DNA of 64,000 nucleotides, taken from a virus. The notes beneath the pieces were generated by a model, which saw only the letters and a list, made by a program, of their open reading frames with translations, did not search any database and was not told the origin of the DNA. Made by a program: the position numbers and the translations under genes. Each line of letters starts with the position of its first letter. Within the stretch, counting starts at the first letter, position 1. Of the stretch, positions 37,521 through 45,984 are shown piece by piece. The DNA lies in the IMG/VR virus record IMGVR_UViG_3300009430_000001, positions 32,598 through 96,597 of that record; one strand, 5' to 3'.

Positions 37521-39773
37521 ATGCAAGGTCCGGATCAGACGCGCTTTATGCAGATGCTGGAGGCAGCGCGCACGCGGCGCTCCTCTGATGATGCGGCATC
37601 GATGATCGTGCCGGCGCATCTGGCGCAGATGCGTCTGTTCATGACGCGGCAGGGCATCGAGTTTCACGCCAAGCAGGACAGCTACGGCCAACGGCGCGAT
37701 TTCATTGAGCGGGTCTCGGCATTCAACAAGCTACCTGGGCGCCTTGAGGGGATCATTGACTCGTTCCTGATTGATGGACGCGGGCTTTTCTATTTCAGGC
37801 CCAGCAAGGATTTGTACAGGGTTCACTATTTCCGCTACGATCAATATCGCGCCTACTACGATGATGATGGTGACCTGACGGAGCTGCAGATTATCTACAG
37901 CTTCAAGGTCAGGCCGCCGAAGGGCTTTGGTGCTTCCCTCGGTGCCGCGCAGGTTGGTCAGGATGTGCGTTTTGTCGGCGGACCCTCGAATGCGCAGCTG
38001 CGCTGGATCAAGCTCGAGGTGTACAAGGATCGCGTTGAGCAGACGATCTCTGAAGAGCGGCCGGAGTTCGATGGACTCGCCTCTGCGAAGAAGACGGTGA
38101 TGACCAACGCGCTCGGGTTCATCCCAGCGGTGGAGGTCTTCAACAACCGCAGCTTGGAGGAAGGCGAGGGCTATGGCGAGTTTGACTGGCTGGCATCGCA
38201 CATCCTTGAGCACGATCGCCTGGTGCGCTCGATCCGCAAGAACGTTCACTTCTTCGGCAATCCGACGCTGGTGAGCTCTCGCCCGCGTCATGACCTGATC
38301 GAGCCGGACGAAGATGGCGCACAGGCTCAACGGGCCACCGTGGCGAGCAACAGCGGCTTCAATGGCGTGCGAACGCGGAGCACGCGGGTCTCAGAACCCG
38401 GCTACGGAGGGGATGCACTGCGCGTGCCGCGCGTGATCGCCAACGTGGAAGCGGCGGATCGCGTCGGCTACATCAGCCCGGATGCGGTGAGCGGCGATCT
38501 GACGTCCTGGACGACGATGTGCCAGGAGATGATCCGCACGGCGCTCGGCGGGGTGGACGATCTGTCGATCAACAGTGGCGCCACGGCTTACGAGGTGAAG
38601 ACGCTGTACGGGCGTGTTTCCGCAACTGCAAAGCGCAAGTGCCGGGATCTGTTCGAGTACGGCTTGTGTCAGCTGTTTCAGCTGATGATCTTCCACGAGG
38701 AGACGTTGTTCCGCGAGTCGCTTGCCGTGGCGCTTGGCATCATCAAGCCGGAGCCGCCGCTGGAGGAAACCATTCCGCCTGAGCAGTTTCCGCAGATCAT
38801 GCAGATGTATCAGCAGTTGATGCAGCAGTGGAATGAAGCGGTTAACAGCGCGATCATGCAGATCAAGAAAACAGGCGAGGTGCCACCAGGCGTCATTGGC
38901 TTGATTCCCGACGGTGAGACGACGGTGTTGTATCGTTGGATGGGTGAAGTATTTCCGCAGTCTAACGAAGAAATTCTCCAAGCAAGCATAGTTGTCCGAA
39001 ATCTCCAAGAAATAGGCGTTGATTCATTGGAAGCACTCATGTGGCTTTTCCCCGAGAAGACGCCAGAGGAGCGGGCCGCGATGCTGGGTGGATACCCTTT
39101 CCGTGTGGCCGAGGCGACACAGCGTGCGATTGGGATCACGATCGACACCATCCGGGCGTTTTTCTCGACCCCCCATCCGCAGGAGCCGGACCTGCCTCTC
39201 GCCGCCGATCCTGCGCTGGATCTGACGCCCTACCTGTACCGAACACTTGCCCACCTTCGTACCGAGCTGACCTATGGAGGCCGCTATTCAGAGCGGGATG
39301 CAACCGTCGGCATCCCCGACACCCTCACAGATGCCGACCGCTTACGCGCCGCCCGCGGTCTCGCAACAGGCGCCGACCGGGCCGATGCCCAGCGGCGTGC
39401 CAGCTTCGCCGCAGCAGCTCGCTTCGTGGCAGGCTCCCGTCCAGGACAGCTGGGCTTCGATTCCGGCGCAATGGCAGCAGGCATTCCAGGGGACGCCGGC
39501 CGCCTTTCCTACTCCGAGTCCCCAGTTTTCGGCGCCGGCGGGACCCTCGCTTACGACCCAGCCGATTCCGCCCGCAACGGCGCTCAACTGGGCAGTGGCG
39601 CAGGCCCCGGCAGTGGCTTCGGCGAGCCCGACCTGGCAGCCCCAACCAACGCCGGCCTACTACCAGCAGCCCCAGGCCCAGCCCCAGTACCCGCAGGCCC
39701 AGCCGCAGGTGCAAATGGTGCCGGTGGCGGTGCCCCAAGCCGCAACGGCACCAAGCGGCGCCGGCGCGGTTGA
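37521..39773 (+). CDS. portal protein with long C-terminal extension
   Basis: Directly after terL; portal-like size and helical character; TACCCTG at 37495. Confidence 0.8.
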   Translation: MQGPDQTRFMQMLEAARTRRSSDDAASMIVPAHLAQMRLFMTRQGIEFHAKQDSYGQRRDFIERVSAFNKLPGRLEGIIDSFLIDGRGLFYFRPSKDLYRVHYFRYDQYRAYYDDDGDLTELQIIYSFKVRPPKGFGASLGAAQVGQDVRFVGGPSNAQLRWIKLEVYKDRVEQTISEERPEFDGLASAKKTVMTNALGFIPAVEVFNNRSLEEGEGYGEFDWLASHILEHDRLVRSIRKNVHFFGNPTLVSSRPRHDLIEPDEDGAQAQRATVASNSGFNGVRTRSTRVSEPGYGGDALRVPRVIANVEAADRVGYISPDAVSGDLTSWTTMCQEMIRTALGGVDDLSINSGATAYEVKTLYGRVSATAKRKCRDLFEYGLCQLFQLMIFHEETLFRESLAVALGIIKPEPPLEETIPPEQFPQIMQMYQQLMQQWNEAVNSAIMQIKKTGEVPPGVIGLIPDGETTVLYRWMGEVFPQSNEEILQASIVVRNLQEIGVDSLEALMWLFPEKTPEERAAMLGGYPFRVAEATQRAIGITIDTIRAFFSTPHPQEPDLPLAADPALDLTPYLYRTLAHLRTELTYGGRYSERDATVGIPDTLTDADRLRAARGLATGADRADAQRRASFAAAARFVAGSRPGQLGFDSGAMAAGIPGDAGRLSYSESPVFGAGGTLAYDPADSARNGAQLGSGAGPGSGFGEPDLAAPTNAGLLPAAPGPAPVPAGPAAGANGAGGGAPSRNGTKRRRRG

Positions 39774-40398
39774 TCGCTACCTCAGCCAGATCAGCGACGA
39801 ATCGCTCGAGCTGCTCGAGCATTTCGGGCCCGAAGCGCCGGTTCGCCTGAACACCTACGCCTGCCAGGTCGAAGACGCTCTGCTGGAGGCCCTGCAGCAC
39901 CAGCAGTACCAGGCCGACGTCGTCAGGGAGTACCAGGGCTACGTCGAGAAGGTGGTGCCACTGCTCGAAGCCGCCAAGGCCGAGCGTGAAGCGCTGACCC
40001 ACATCCTCACCGATCCCAAGCGACTGGGCGAGTACGTCGAGGGCTTCTTCGGTCCCGAGGGCCCGTTCCCGACGCAGACCCCAGGCGAGGAGGCTCGCGA
40101 TCGCCTGCAGCAGGGCATCGCCGAGACGCAGGGCCGGCTCGTGCCCATGCAGGACTTCCGCGCTCAGGACTGGGCCGATCAGCAGGCCGCCGCTCAACAG
40201 CAGGCCGCGGCGCAGCAGGGATTCCAGCGGCCGCAGATGCCCATGCCGGCCCCGGGCGGGGGTGGCGGGATCTCGGCTCAGGACGTCTGGGGTGCCTTCA
40301 CCCAGGCGATGGACGCGCGACCCGAGGACGCCTGGAAGGTGTTGGCTCAGGCTCCGCCTGATGCGATCCGCCAGAAGATCCTTTTCATGGGTGAGTGA
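39274..40398 (+). CDS. putative capsid scaffolding protein
   Basis: P/Q/A-rich disordered N-terminus plus coiled coil; lies between portal and capsid genes. Confidence 0.7.
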   Translation: MEAAIQSGMQPSASPTPSQMPTAYAPPAVSQQAPTGPMPSGVPASPQQLASWQAPVQDSWASIPAQWQQAFQGTPAAFPTPSPQFSAPAGPSLTTQPIPPATALNWAVAQAPAVASASPTWQPQPTPAYYQQPQAQPQYPQAQPQVQMVPVAVPQAATAPSGAGAVDRYLSQISDESLELLEHFGPEAPVRLNTYACQVEDALLEALQHQQYQADVVREYQGYVEKVVPLLEAAKAEREALTHILTDPKRLGEYVEGFFGPEGPFPTQTPGEEARDRLQQGIAETQGRLVPMQDFRAQDWADQQAAAQQQAAAQQGFQRPQMPMPAPGGGGGISAQDVWGAFTQAMDARPEDAWKVLAQAPPDAIRQKILFMGE

Positions 40399-41177
40399 CG
40401 ATGAGCAACAAGCTGTCAGGGGCGCAGGTTGAATATCTGCGCAAGAGAGTCAAGCAGAACATGACCGCGCAGAGGTCACTGCTGATGGGAATCCAGAACG
40501 CGACTGGCTTGCCCACCGCGATTGACCTGAAAACACCCGGCGGCAAAGATGATCTTCGTGTTACCGGCGCTGGCTGGGATGCATGGGATCGTAAAAATCA
40601 GCAGATCAGGGCGGATCTCGATCCAGTCGATGCCACTGCGGCGTTCATGGCCGAGACGAGCCGTGCTGGTGGCTCAAGAGGAAAAGCGGATCCCGCTGTT
40701 GTTTCTGATCTTGCCGCACAATTACGCGCACATGATGCGTTGAGGGATAAGTCCGTTGACGAGCAAAGGACTATTCTTTCGCGAATTCAGCGGATCGCCA
40801 ACCTTCAAGGCGGGCAGTCGAACGACGCCTACGAACGCACGCTTTTGGGGTTAAAGGATGATCCGATGAAAGTCGACGTCCTTCACCAGGCCGGCATCAT
40901 CGACGAGAAGCAGGCCAAGCTGCTCAAGGGCGAGGCGCTGCCGGCCGATGAACTCGAGGCCAAGGCGATCGGCCTTCCGTGGGCTGACGCCATCCCCTGG
41001 TTGAAGGACATGCCTGCTGAGCAACGCCTTCCGTGGGATGTCGGCGGCATCGCGCTCGCCGGCGCCGGCGCCACCGCTGGATCGATCGCTCTGGCCAACA
41101 TGCTCATGCAGCAGGGCCAGCAGCAGAGCGATTACAACGCCTACGCCGCTGCTGTGCAGTCGGCGCACGCCTACTGA
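40395..41177 (+). CDS. late protein with C-terminal Gly/Ala TM-like segment
   Basis: 260 aa; GGIALAGAGATAGSIAL. Confidence 0.7.
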   Translation: MTMSNKLSGAQVEYLRKRVKQNMTAQRSLLMGIQNATGLPTAIDLKTPGGKDDLRVTGAGWDAWDRKNQQIRADLDPVDATAAFMAETSRAGGSRGKADPAVVSDLAAQLRAHDALRDKSVDEQRTILSRIQRIANLQGGQSNDAYERTLLGLKDDPMKVDVLHQAGIIDEKQAKLLKGEALPADELEAKAIGLPWADAIPWLKDMPAEQRLPWDVGGIALAGAGATAGSIALANMLMQQGQQQSDYNAYAAAVQSAHAY

Positions 41178-41191
41178 TTTCCTGACTCGCC

Positions 41192-41728
41192 ATGCTTACC
41201 GCCGGTCCTCGTCCCACTCGCCAGGTCGCTGTTCCGGGCATTGAGCCCGGCCAGTTCGCACGCAAGCAGATGCTCGGCGTTGCTCAGGAGGTCGCCGATC
41301 TCGGCGCCTCCCAGCAGCCGAACCCCGCGGCCAAGGCGATGCCCACCGGGCGGCTCCAGGCGCCGCTGCACCCCGAGGGAGCCGCCACCTACGGCGATGC
41401 AGCGCCATCGGCCATGGGGCGCGTCCTCCCCGGCAACGAGATGGTGGCTGAAACGCCGGGCCAGCAGATGGAGCGCATGGAGACGCTTCATGCGAACAAC
41501 GAGCGGCGTCGGGTCGAATCCCGCGGCCTCGAGGGTGCTCGCGGGCAGATGCAGACCGTGCCGGCCAACCTGGCTCAGACGGCTGCCGACCTCCAGCGCC
41601 AGCGAGTCGGCATGGCTCTGCAGGGTGAGCGTGGTGATCGCACTCCTTTCGCGCCGGTGTCGCAGGAGGCGCTGAGCTACATGCTCAAGGAGGCCCACGC
41701 GCCTCGTCGTCAACCTTCCATCATGTGA
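41192..41728 (+). CDS. hypothetical late protein
   Basis: 178 aa ATG ORF in operon. Confidence 0.65.
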   Translation: MLTAGPRPTRQVAVPGIEPGQFARKQMLGVAQEVADLGASQQPNPAAKAMPTGRLQAPLHPEGAATYGDAAPSAMGRVLPGNEMVAETPGQQMERMETLHANNERRRVESRGLEGARGQMQTVPANLAQTAADLQRQRVGMALQGERGDRTPFAPVSQEALSYMLKEAHAPRRQPSIM

Positions 41729-41734
41729 TCGCCC

Positions 41735-42133
41735 ATGGCACGAAATCTTCCTTCTACGAGAGCCGGCACTCTCTACGCGCAGAAGCCGGTCATGCCGCAG
41801 GGCGAGTACGCCAGCACGGTCGGTCCGCGGCAGGGCCGGGTTGCGCCACGGGACGACCGCTACTCGCAGTATTACGCCGATCCGCGGGAAAACTACAACA
41901 TCTTCGATGAGGGCGTTCGCGATCGGCTCTGGACCTCCATGGTGCATGCGCCGATAGGCGGTTATGTGCGCCGCTTCGGTGAAGATCAGCTGGGCCTGAG
42001 TCGCGGCCATGCGCGCCTGCTTGAGATGGGTGCAGCGGCCAGCGCTGTCGGCGTCGGAGCTGGCACCTTCCTGGCCGCCGTGCAATCGCTGAACGAGAAC
42101 ACGCAGACGCCGGGGACGATCCCGATTCAGTAA
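41735..42133 (+). CDS. late protein with C-terminal TM-like segment
   Basis: 132 aa; GAAASAVGVGAGTFL. Confidence 0.65.
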   Translation: MARNLPSTRAGTLYAQKPVMPQGEYASTVGPRQGRVAPRDDRYSQYYADPRENYNIFDEGVRDRLWTSMVHAPIGGYVRRFGEDQLGLSRGHARLLEMGAAASAVGVGAGTFLAAVQSLNENTQTPGTIPIQ

Positions 42134-42161
42134 TACCCTGCGATCAGAGCCGGGTGTTGCT

Positions 42162-42443
42162 GTGGTCGAGCGCTTTGCCGCCAGTCCTGAGGTCTACAGC
42201 GCTGTGCGGCGTCACCTGCAAAGTGACGGTGTTCCGCGTGAGGCCGCCAACCATCTCACATCCGAGATGGTCACGCACGGTGAAGACGTCGATTCATCGA
42301 TCGATCGCTTCCAGGAGCTGCATGCGCGCCTGCGGTCACAGGGCTTCGATGACGAGGCGGCGCAGGCTCTGGCCGTTGAGTCGATGGAGGGCCGCCAGCC
42401 CGAGCCGCGCGCCACGCTTCGCTACCAGATGACGGAGGCCTGA
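42162..42443 (+). CDS. small helical late protein
   Basis: GTG 28 nt after TACCCTG (42134); coupled to the lysozyme gene. Confidence 0.65.
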   Translation: MVERFAASPEVYSAVRRHLQSDGVPREAANHLTSEMVTHGEDVDSSIDRFQELHARLRSQGFDDEAAQALAVESMEGRQPEPRATLRYQMTEA

Positions 42444-43246
42444 TGGCGGACTTACTCGCGCGTTACCGGCAGCTCCTGCAGAACCCGAACGTTCGCCGGA
42501 CGCTGGACACGATCAGCTACGCGGAGGGCACCTCGGGCCCCGAGGGCTACCGCACGATGTTCGGTGGCGGCAAGTTCGACACTTCCGGCGGCTGGCGGCA
42601 CCCGGATCGAGTGGTGCACGGCGGCGGTTACAGCAGCGCCGCAGCCGGCAAGTATCAGTTCATGCCCGACACCTGGACCGGTGTCTCGCAACGTCTGGGC
42701 CTGAAGGACTTCAGCCCCGAAAGCCAGGATCTCGGCGCGCTGGCCAAGATCGAGGAGCGCGGCGTCAACCTCGAGGAGATCGCCAAGGGCGGCCTGAAGG
42801 CGGGCCACATCCACAAGCTGGCGCCGGAGTGGGCGTCATTGCCGACCGCCCAGGGCAAGAGCTACTACGGCCAGCCAGTGAAGGGGCTCGGTGAGCTCCA
42901 GAAGGTCTACGGCGGCCAGATCGGCGCCGGTGGTGGAGGCGGCAGCACTGCGAGCTCCGGTGGCGGCACGAGCAGCGGCAGCAGCAGCGGCACGAGCAGC
43001 AGCAGTAGCGGCGCGAGCGGTGGTGACGGCATCATCCAGCCGGAGCCGATCACGCCGCCCAAGCCGATCACGCCGGCCGCCATCCAGACGCCTGGTGCGA
43101 CGCTGATCAAGCCCGCCGCTTCGTTCGGCGTCGGGCCCAATGCCTGGGAGGGCGCGGGCGGCCAGGACGCCACGCCGTCGGGCAATCGCCTTGCCGGCTC
43201 GCGCTCGATCGTGCGCCAGCTGATGCAGATGCTCATGGGCGCCTGA
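42443..43246 (+). CDS. lambda-R-type (GH104) lysozyme/lytic transglycosylase with Ser/Gly linker and tail
   Basis: ISYAEGT..GY..MFGG..SAAAGKYQF..TW..DFSPESQD..EWASLP..YGQP. Confidence 0.9.
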   Translation: MADLLARYRQLLQNPNVRRTLDTISYAEGTSGPEGYRTMFGGGKFDTSGGWRHPDRVVHGGGYSSAAAGKYQFMPDTWTGVSQRLGLKDFSPESQDLGALAKIEERGVNLEEIAKGGLKAGHIHKLAPEWASLPTAQGKSYYGQPVKGLGELQKVYGGQIGAGGGGGSTASSGGGTSSGSSSGTSSSSSGASGGDGIIQPEPITPPKPITPAAIQTPGATLIKPAASFGVGPNAWEGAGGQDATPSGNRLAGSRSIVRQLMQMLMGA

Positions 43247-44078
43247 GTGGGATCGCCGGCGGCTCGAGCACCCGGGCCGTCCGTTCGCTGGCGATCAGCG
43301 GCGGCTCCTCCAGCCAGGCATCCGGATCTAGCTGGGGCACCACATGGCTCCGGCGCATCCGGCGCTCCTCCACCGGCGGCGGACCGGGCGGCGCGGTCCA
43401 GCCCGGGTCTTCATCGGTGATCCTCACCATCTCTTCGGTGTGGAACTGATCCCGCAAGCAGCGGGCCTGCGCCATCCACGTGTGGCTGATGGCGCGGATC
43501 AGCTTCGCCACGTCCTTTGGGCTGTAGCGGATCATTGGCCGTTCCTGGGCGCTGGGGCTGTGGCCGATGCGGCCGGTTGCTCCAGTGAGCGTGTAGATCC
43601 AGTCATGCACCAGCTGCGCGGATTCCCACGAGTAGCGATGCAGGTGCAGATGGCCGATCAATCCTCGTGATCGCTTCGACGGGAAGATGCGGCCGCGATC
43701 GGCCCACAGCGCACCGATGCCTTCAGCGCCGATCAATTCCAGCGCGCTGCTCGTGATTTGAAAGTTGCCCTCGGGGTACAGCAGCTTGTAGGCCGTCTCG
43801 AACCACTTGCTGCCCACGCGGATCCGCCAGTTCCCGGCTCCGGGCCTGGATTCTGGGTTGTAGCTGCCGACGAAGCTGGGCTCTGGCGCCTTCGGCATGA
43901 ACTGCTTCAGGCGCTTCCACTGGTAGAGCGCGTACTCCTCGTGCTCGAACGGGTGGTGGATGATCAGGCTGTAGGAGTTCCCGGGCCGGCCGAGCAGCCC
44001 ACGACCCAGGCAGTAGCCGATCACCAGGCGCGTCAGGGCCGCGGATTCTTCCCAGCTGAGCCTGGCAGGTGCGGGCAT
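43233..44078 (-). CDS. degenerate two-motif LAGLIDADG endonuclease-fold protein
   Basis: IGYCLGRG and ALWADRG align with the LLGDG and W.MDDG motifs of LAGLIDADG_2; also H...EY..Y, LYP.G...IT..L. Confidence 0.75.
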   Translation of the reverse strand: MPAPARLSWEESAALTRLVIGYCLGRGLLGRPGNSYSLIIHHPFEHEEYALYQWKRLKQFMPKAPEPSFVGSYNPESRPGAGNWRIRVGSKWFETAYKLLYPEGNFQITSSALELIGAEGIGALWADRGRIFPSKRSRGLIGHLHLHRYSWESAQLVHDWIYTLTGATGRIGHSPSAQERPMIRYSPKDVAKLIRAISHTWMAQARCLRDQFHTEEMVRITDEDPGWTAPPGPPPVEERRMRRSHVVPQLDPDAWLEEPPLIASERTARVLEPPAIPLRRP

Positions 44079-44101
44079 GGCTTGATGATGCTTTTTCCAA
44101 T

Positions 44102-44129
44102 CTTAGACACAATGGGGGTTCATACTCTG
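44102..44129 (+). promoter_or_regulatory. asymmetric motif copy 7 (variant) plus TACTCTG late box for the capsid operon
   Basis: CTTAGACACAATGGGG 44102-44117; TACTCTG 44123-44129. Confidence 0.65.
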
Positions 44130-44135
44130 ACCTCA

Positions 44136-44253
44136 GTTCCGCATGGAAGACCTGCACTTCGGTGCAGGGCACCTCGACAAGGGAAGCCGGTTTCGGCAGC
44201 AGACCCTCCGCAGCAATGCGCTGTCGGAGCTCGCGCTCTTGCGCAAGCGGAAC
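44136..44253 (+). ncRNA. structured 5' leader RNA of the capsid gene
   Basis: Closing stem GTTCCGC/GCGGAAC enclosing a cUUCGg hairpin, a GCAA tetraloop hairpin and further stems. Confidence 0.6.
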
Positions 44254-44280
44254 GTGTCGTTTACTCATGGAGGTCCACAC

Positions 44281-45946
44281 GTGTGGATTGATTCCGATAA
44301 ATGGATTGTCGCCCGCATCGGTAACGGTGCGGTGAAAACCGGGTGAATTCGGGGAAACCCAAACGTTAAGTCGTGGGCAATCCCGAGCCAAGCCAGCAAA
44401 GCGTTGCTGGAAGGTGTAGAGACTACGCGGTGGAAGACGCTTCTTCCGTAATACGCGATCAGCGCCCGGCATCCCACTGGGATGAAGATATAGTCCGTGC
44501 TGCGCGAAAGCGTAGAATTTCACGTTTCCAAAGATCCTGGGTGCGGAACTCTATCGTCCGCATCCCAGTTACATCTCCGAGCTCGCAATCGAGCCAGTTG
44601 TTGTACACGATTATTCCAGAATGCCGGGTCAAACGGTACAACTGGACCGGTACAATTACTGGGGGAATCCTGGAACGAAAGAGTCCAGAGAGCGTACTCC
44701 GGATCAAACAATCGGCACGGCTTCCGGCCGCAACATCACCAAGCAAAAGGTCTTGGTGACGTTGAAGGAATACTCGGGGCCTGCAGATCCGAACGATCCG
44801 TCACAGCCGAGCACGTTCAAAGTTTCAAGGCAAAACCTCATGACCGCGCAGCGATTGCTGCTCGACACGGGTAACCTGGGCGTGTTTCATCAGTCGATCG
44901 GCAGCCTCACGCTGCTCGATGACTACCGACGCTGGCGCGATCGCGTCTTTCTCAACGAATTGTACAAGTGCTACGCACGCGGCAAGGCGGATGAGGAGCG
45001 CGGTGGCTACTACTTCCCCGGCAAGCTGAGCGAAGCTGAGCTCGCCGCTCCTGGATACAACGTGTCCACCGCCGGAACGGCTGATTCGGCGAAGTTCTCC
45101 GTCAAGGAGGACCTGCTGACGGTCGTCACCGACATGCGTACCCGGAACGTGCCCACGTTCCAGGATGGGTACTACCGGTGCATCTGCGATCCGAACGCAA
45201 TGAAGCACCTCCGCCAGGACAGCGACTTTCGCGAGATCGCTCGCTACCCCGGCAACGGCATGATCAATCCGATGATGCCGATGATGCAGCCCAATGCCAT
45301 CAACTACCTCGGCAATGGGCCTGCTTACGGTCAAGCCGGCTTTGTCGCCGGTGCGCCGACCATGCCTGAACAACCACGGGCCCTCGCGGCGTGAGTCGCG
45401 TTGCAAACGGGGTGAATTGCTGGAACGCCTCCACCAATTGGCGAATCAGCAGCCAAGCCGGATCACAGTCCGGAAGGTTCAACGACTAGGTCCCGAGTGG
45501 CAACACGGTAATGGACCCACGAGTGCCCCGCTACTTGCTATGCTTTTATTCGCGAGTAGGTGAGATAGTCTGACCACGCCGGATGGGAAACGGCGTGAAC
45601 TGGAGGATAAAGAGCCTCCAGGGTAACACAGGTGAGTGGCTTCCTCTTCGAGGGCGTTCGCTGGTTCGAGTCCACCAACATCGCCTCGCACACCTACAAC
45701 GTGGCGATCCAGGGTGCCAAGGGTTTCACTGGCAATACCGCCAAACAGAACCCTGCCGCACTGATGATGTTTTTTGGACCACAAAGTATCGGGATCGGCA
45801 TCGGTGGCAATAACGCTCAAGTGGCCCTGAATTCAAATGACGATTTCTCAAGATTCGTGATTTTGATATGGCTACTCTACGCAGGTTGGGAGGTTTTGAA
45901 TATGGATTTTGTGACAATCGCTCACAGTTTCCTATACTCCATCTGA
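44281..45946 (+). CDS. major capsid protein, join(44281..44298,44525..45367,45635..45946), 390 aa spliced
   Basis: GGAGG RBS plus GTG; spliced read MWIDSD|FPKILGAELYRPHP...APTMP|SGFLFEGVRWFESTN is in frame; HK97-like P-domain elements (YRCICDP, GFLFEGVRW, MFFGPQSIG). Confidence 0.88.
44299..44524 (+). ncRNA. group I intron 1 (226 nt, no ORF)
   Basis: Exon ends in U with P1 CGAU/GUCG; P3 CCGGGTG/CGCCCGG; P7 GACTA(44421)/TAGTC(44491); AAGATATAGTCC; GNRA-capped P2 and P9; terminal G. Confidence 0.92.
45368..45634 (+). ncRNA. group I intron 2 (267 nt, no ORF)
   Basis: P1 GCCU/GGGC; P3 CGGGGTG/TGCCCCG; AATTGCTGGAA..AATCAGCAG; P7 GACTA(45484)/TAGTC(45566); terminal G; P10 CCAC/GTGG. Confidence 0.92.
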
Positions 45947-45984
45947 GCCATTTGGCTGTTTCGTTCACATGATCCTCATCTCCC

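Noticed and set aside
44621-45394. Capsid fragments 44621..45394 and 45632..45946 as separate genes or a pseudogene
   Set aside because: Fully explained by two group I introns
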